64,000 nt of DNA, taken from assembly GCA_963766735.1 (NCBI GenBank), contig CAVYBU010000008.1, positions 288,001-352,000 on the forward strand, in the 5' to 3' direction. Below, in pieces: positions 61,964-64,000 of the stretch (position 1 is the first letter of the stretch; each line of letters opens with the position of its first letter). The notes below the pieces were generated by a model that searched no databases, was not told the origin of the DNA, and saw only the letters and a program-made list of their open reading frames with translations. The position numbers and the translations under genes were made by a program. Source of the stretch: an uncultured Chloroflexia bacterium (GTDB lineage: Bacteria > Chloroflexota > Limnocylindria > Limnocylindrales > CSP1-4).

Positions 61964-62530
61964 TCAGGCTCTCCTGATCACGTCGCCCACCCGCAGGGTG
62001 CCACCCGTCACGACGCGCACGTACATCCCGCGCATTCGCATCGCGCGCCCGGCCGGGGTGCTGATCCAGCGCAGCGCGTCAGCCCCGAACCGGGCGCTGA
62101 ACTGGGCGCAGCCGGTATGCGGCAGCTCGCTCACCTCGAGCACGACGCTCCCCACCGTCAGTCGGGATCCGGCGGGCAGGTTCTGCTCCGAGAGGTCGAG
62201 ATCCAGGTAGAGCTGGTCACCGGCGAGGGGCCAGCGCGATCGATCGGGCTCGATGGCTGCGAGGACGCGCGTGCTCATGAGGGTGATCTGGGCGGACGGG
62301 TCCGCGGACTTGTCCGGCATCGATCGGCTACCGCGCGTGAGCCAGGTGTCGCCGACCAGGCCGTTCGCCGCGTCCAGGACGGCGATCTCGAGGGTCTCCC
62401 GCTCGCCTGGGCCCGGCCGACCGACGATGAGCTCCAGCGGGGCGGCGTCCCGGGGCGAGGAGCGGACGTGCTCGAGATGGCGGTCCAGGTCGCGGGGCGG
62501 AGCCTGGGGGGGCGCGGGCGTCGGTTCCAT
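61964..62530 (-). CDS. MOSC domain protein
   Basis: GLVGD.W, LAGDQL..DLDLS..NLP.G, PHTGC..F..RFG, RG.Y.RVV..G. Confidence 0.85.
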   Translation of the reverse strand: MEPTPAPPQAPPRDLDRHLEHVRSSPRDAAPLELIVGRPGPGERETLEIAVLDAANGLVGDTWLTRGSRSMPDKSADPSAQITLMSTRVLAAIEPDRSRWPLAGDQLYLDLDLSEQNLPAGSRLTVGSVVLEVSELPHTGCAQFSARFGADALRWISTPAGRAMRMRGMYVRVVTGGTLRVGDVIRRA

Positions 62531-62608
62531 GGGGCAAGTGTCGCCGATCGCGGGGTGAGGCGTCCTGCGCGACCTTCGCCCTCGTTCGTCCCGACTATGA
62601 TCGACATC

Positions 62609-63223
62609 GTGAGCGATCCCACCCGGGTTCCCGTGGCCGTGCGGCCGGCGACGGTGGCGGACGTCCCCGCGCTGGCCGGCGTGCTGGCACGGGCGTTTGC
62701 GCGGGACCCCATGGTCACCTGGCCGATGGTCACGGACGATGACCTGGTCCCGCGGATCCGTGCCATGTTCGAGGCGGTGGACACCGTGTTCGCCGTCGAG
62801 GGCTGGTTGTTCGAGGCGGGGGGCGGGCTTGGCGTGATGACGCTCCTCCCGCCCGACAGCGAGGCGCGCCAGGCGGAGCTGGAGGAGGCCGCCGCCGCGG
62901 CGATCGACGCTCTGGCGCCGGATGGCGGGGAGCGGTACGGGCGGATGTGGGGCTGGATCGCGGAGACGCTCCCGGTGGAACGGCACTGGCTGCTGGACCA
63001 GCTGGCGGTGGAGCCGGCAGCGCAGGGGCGGGGGATCGGTGACGCGATGATCAGGTTCGCGATCGAGCGGGCCCGTGCCGACGGGCTGCCGCTCTACCTT
63101 GAGACGGGTGTCACCGGGAACGTGGCGCTGTACGAGAGGTACGGGTTCCGGGTGGTTCTCGAGGGGGACGCTCCCGGAGACGGACCGCACATCTGGTTCA
63201 TGCGGCGTGACCCGGCGGTGTGA
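62609..63223 (+). CDS. GNAT acetyltransferase
   Basis: LARAF..DP, LAVEPAAQGRGIG, YLET...NV.LYERYGF; GTG 7 nt after TATGAT. Confidence 0.88.
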   Translation: MSDPTRVPVAVRPATVADVPALAGVLARAFARDPMVTWPMVTDDDLVPRIRAMFEAVDTVFAVEGWLFEAGGGLGVMTLLPPDSEARQAELEEAAAAAIDALAPDGGERYGRMWGWIAETLPVERHWLLDQLAVEPAAQGRGIGDAMIRFAIERARADGLPLYLETGVTGNVALYERYGFRVVLEGDAPGDGPHIWFMRRDPAV

Positions 63224-63329
63224 CCCGGCGGCCTGAACCCTGGCGGCGGTGTGACCCGGCGGCCTGAACCCTGGCGGCGGTCTGACCCGGCGGCCTGAAC
63301 CCTGGCGGCGGTCTGACCCCTGGCGGCGG
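63207..63329. repeat. 31-bp tandem repeat, 3 full copies plus partial flanks
   Basis: TGACCCGGCGGCCTGAACCCTGGCGGCGGT(G/C) at 63221, 63252, 63283. Confidence 0.92.
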
Positions 63330-63363
63330 CCGGGCCCCGCCGGGCGCCCGCTAGACTGCCACG

Positions 63364-64000
63364 ATGGACGATGCCCTCCGCGCCAACCGCGAGCTGTGGG
63401 ACGCCTGGACCGGGATCCACACTGCCTCGGAGTTCTACGACGCTCAAGGCTTCCGTGACGGCCGCGACCCGATCCGCATCCGCGAGTACGAGCGGGCGGA
63501 GGTCGGCCCGGTTGCCGGCAAGTCCCTGCTCCACCTGCAGTGCCACTTCGGCCTGGACACCCTCTCGTGGGCCCGACTCGGGGCCAACGTCACAGGCGCG
63601 GACTTCAGCGAGAAGGCGATCGAGGCGGCCCGCGCGCTCGCCCAGGACGTGGGCCTGCCGGCCTCCTTCGTGGTGTCGAACCTGTACGACCTGCCCGACG
63701 CCCTCGCGGGAGAGTTCGACATCGTCTACACCTCCCGCGGCGTCCTCGGCTGGCTCCCGGACATCGTCGGCTGGGCCCGCGTGGCGGCGCACTTCGTCAA
63801 GCCCGGTGGGATCCTCTACGTCACCGAGATCCACCCCGTCGCCCAGGCGTTCGAGAACGAGGGCGTGGCGCCCGGCGAGCTGCGCCTGACCTACCCCTAC
63901 TGGTCGCACGAGGAGCCATTGACCTTCGACGTCAAGGGCTCCTATGCAGACCCCGCTGCGCCCACGGACCCTGGCCTCGTGGAGCACGGATGGGACCACT
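63364..64000 (+). CDS. class I SAM-dependent methyltransferase (runs off window)
   Basis: MDDALRANRELWD...LLHLQCHFGLDTLSWARLGA.VTGADFS; ATG 6 nt after TAGACT; absent from the ORF track. Confidence 0.88.
   Translation, partial: MDDALRANRELWDAWTGIHTASEFYDAQGFRDGRDPIRIREYERAEVGPVAGKSLLHLQCHFGLDTLSWARLGANVTGADFSEKAIEAARALAQDVGLPASFVVSNLYDLPDALAGEFDIVYTSRGVLGWLPDIVGWARVAAHFVKPGGILYVTEIHPVAQAFENEGVAPGELRLTYPYWSHEEPLTFDVKGSYADPAAPTDPGLVEHGWDH

Noticed and set aside
54782-63223. Integron cassette array
   Set aside because: No integrase, no RYYYAAC...GTTRRRY attC cores, mixed gene orientation, and genes have their own promoters
63207-63329. CRISPR array
   Set aside because: Repeats are contiguous with no unique spacers

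Overview
High-GC bacterial chromosomal segment; gene content (HrcA/CIRCE, classical men pathway, PgpH-like 7TM-HD) is compatible with Chloroflexota, but this is an inference. The backbone is housekeeping: pgk(3' end)-eno, rpsT, pgi, lepA-hemW-hrcA-grpE-dnaK, then dnaJ-prmA-mtaB-hit, rpsU-yqeY-pgpH-ybeY and pth-mfd. Between dnaK and dnaJ lie ktrBA, a TetR-headed menFDHBACE(+hydrolase)G operon, a GGDEF gene, MFS/ABC transporters and a uracil-DNA glycosylase. A variable tail of small accessory genes runs from 54.8 to 64 kb. Main leads: (1) a membrane-embedded SARP/BTAD regulator followed by 11-bp-period direct repeats and an ECF sigma factor with no adjacent anti-sigma; (2) a shared promoter module and a c-di-GMP-II-like riboswitch present as intact, truncated and vestigial copies ahead of unrelated small genes; (3) MenE fused to an alpha/beta hydrolase in an operon lacking menI; (4) S20 with a long Ala/Lys-rich tail; (5) many apparently leaderless genes, including a Cys-rich uORF coupled to ktrB. 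Several single-base frameshifts suggest an indel-prone assembly. No rRNA, tRNA, CRISPR-Cas or transposase was seen.
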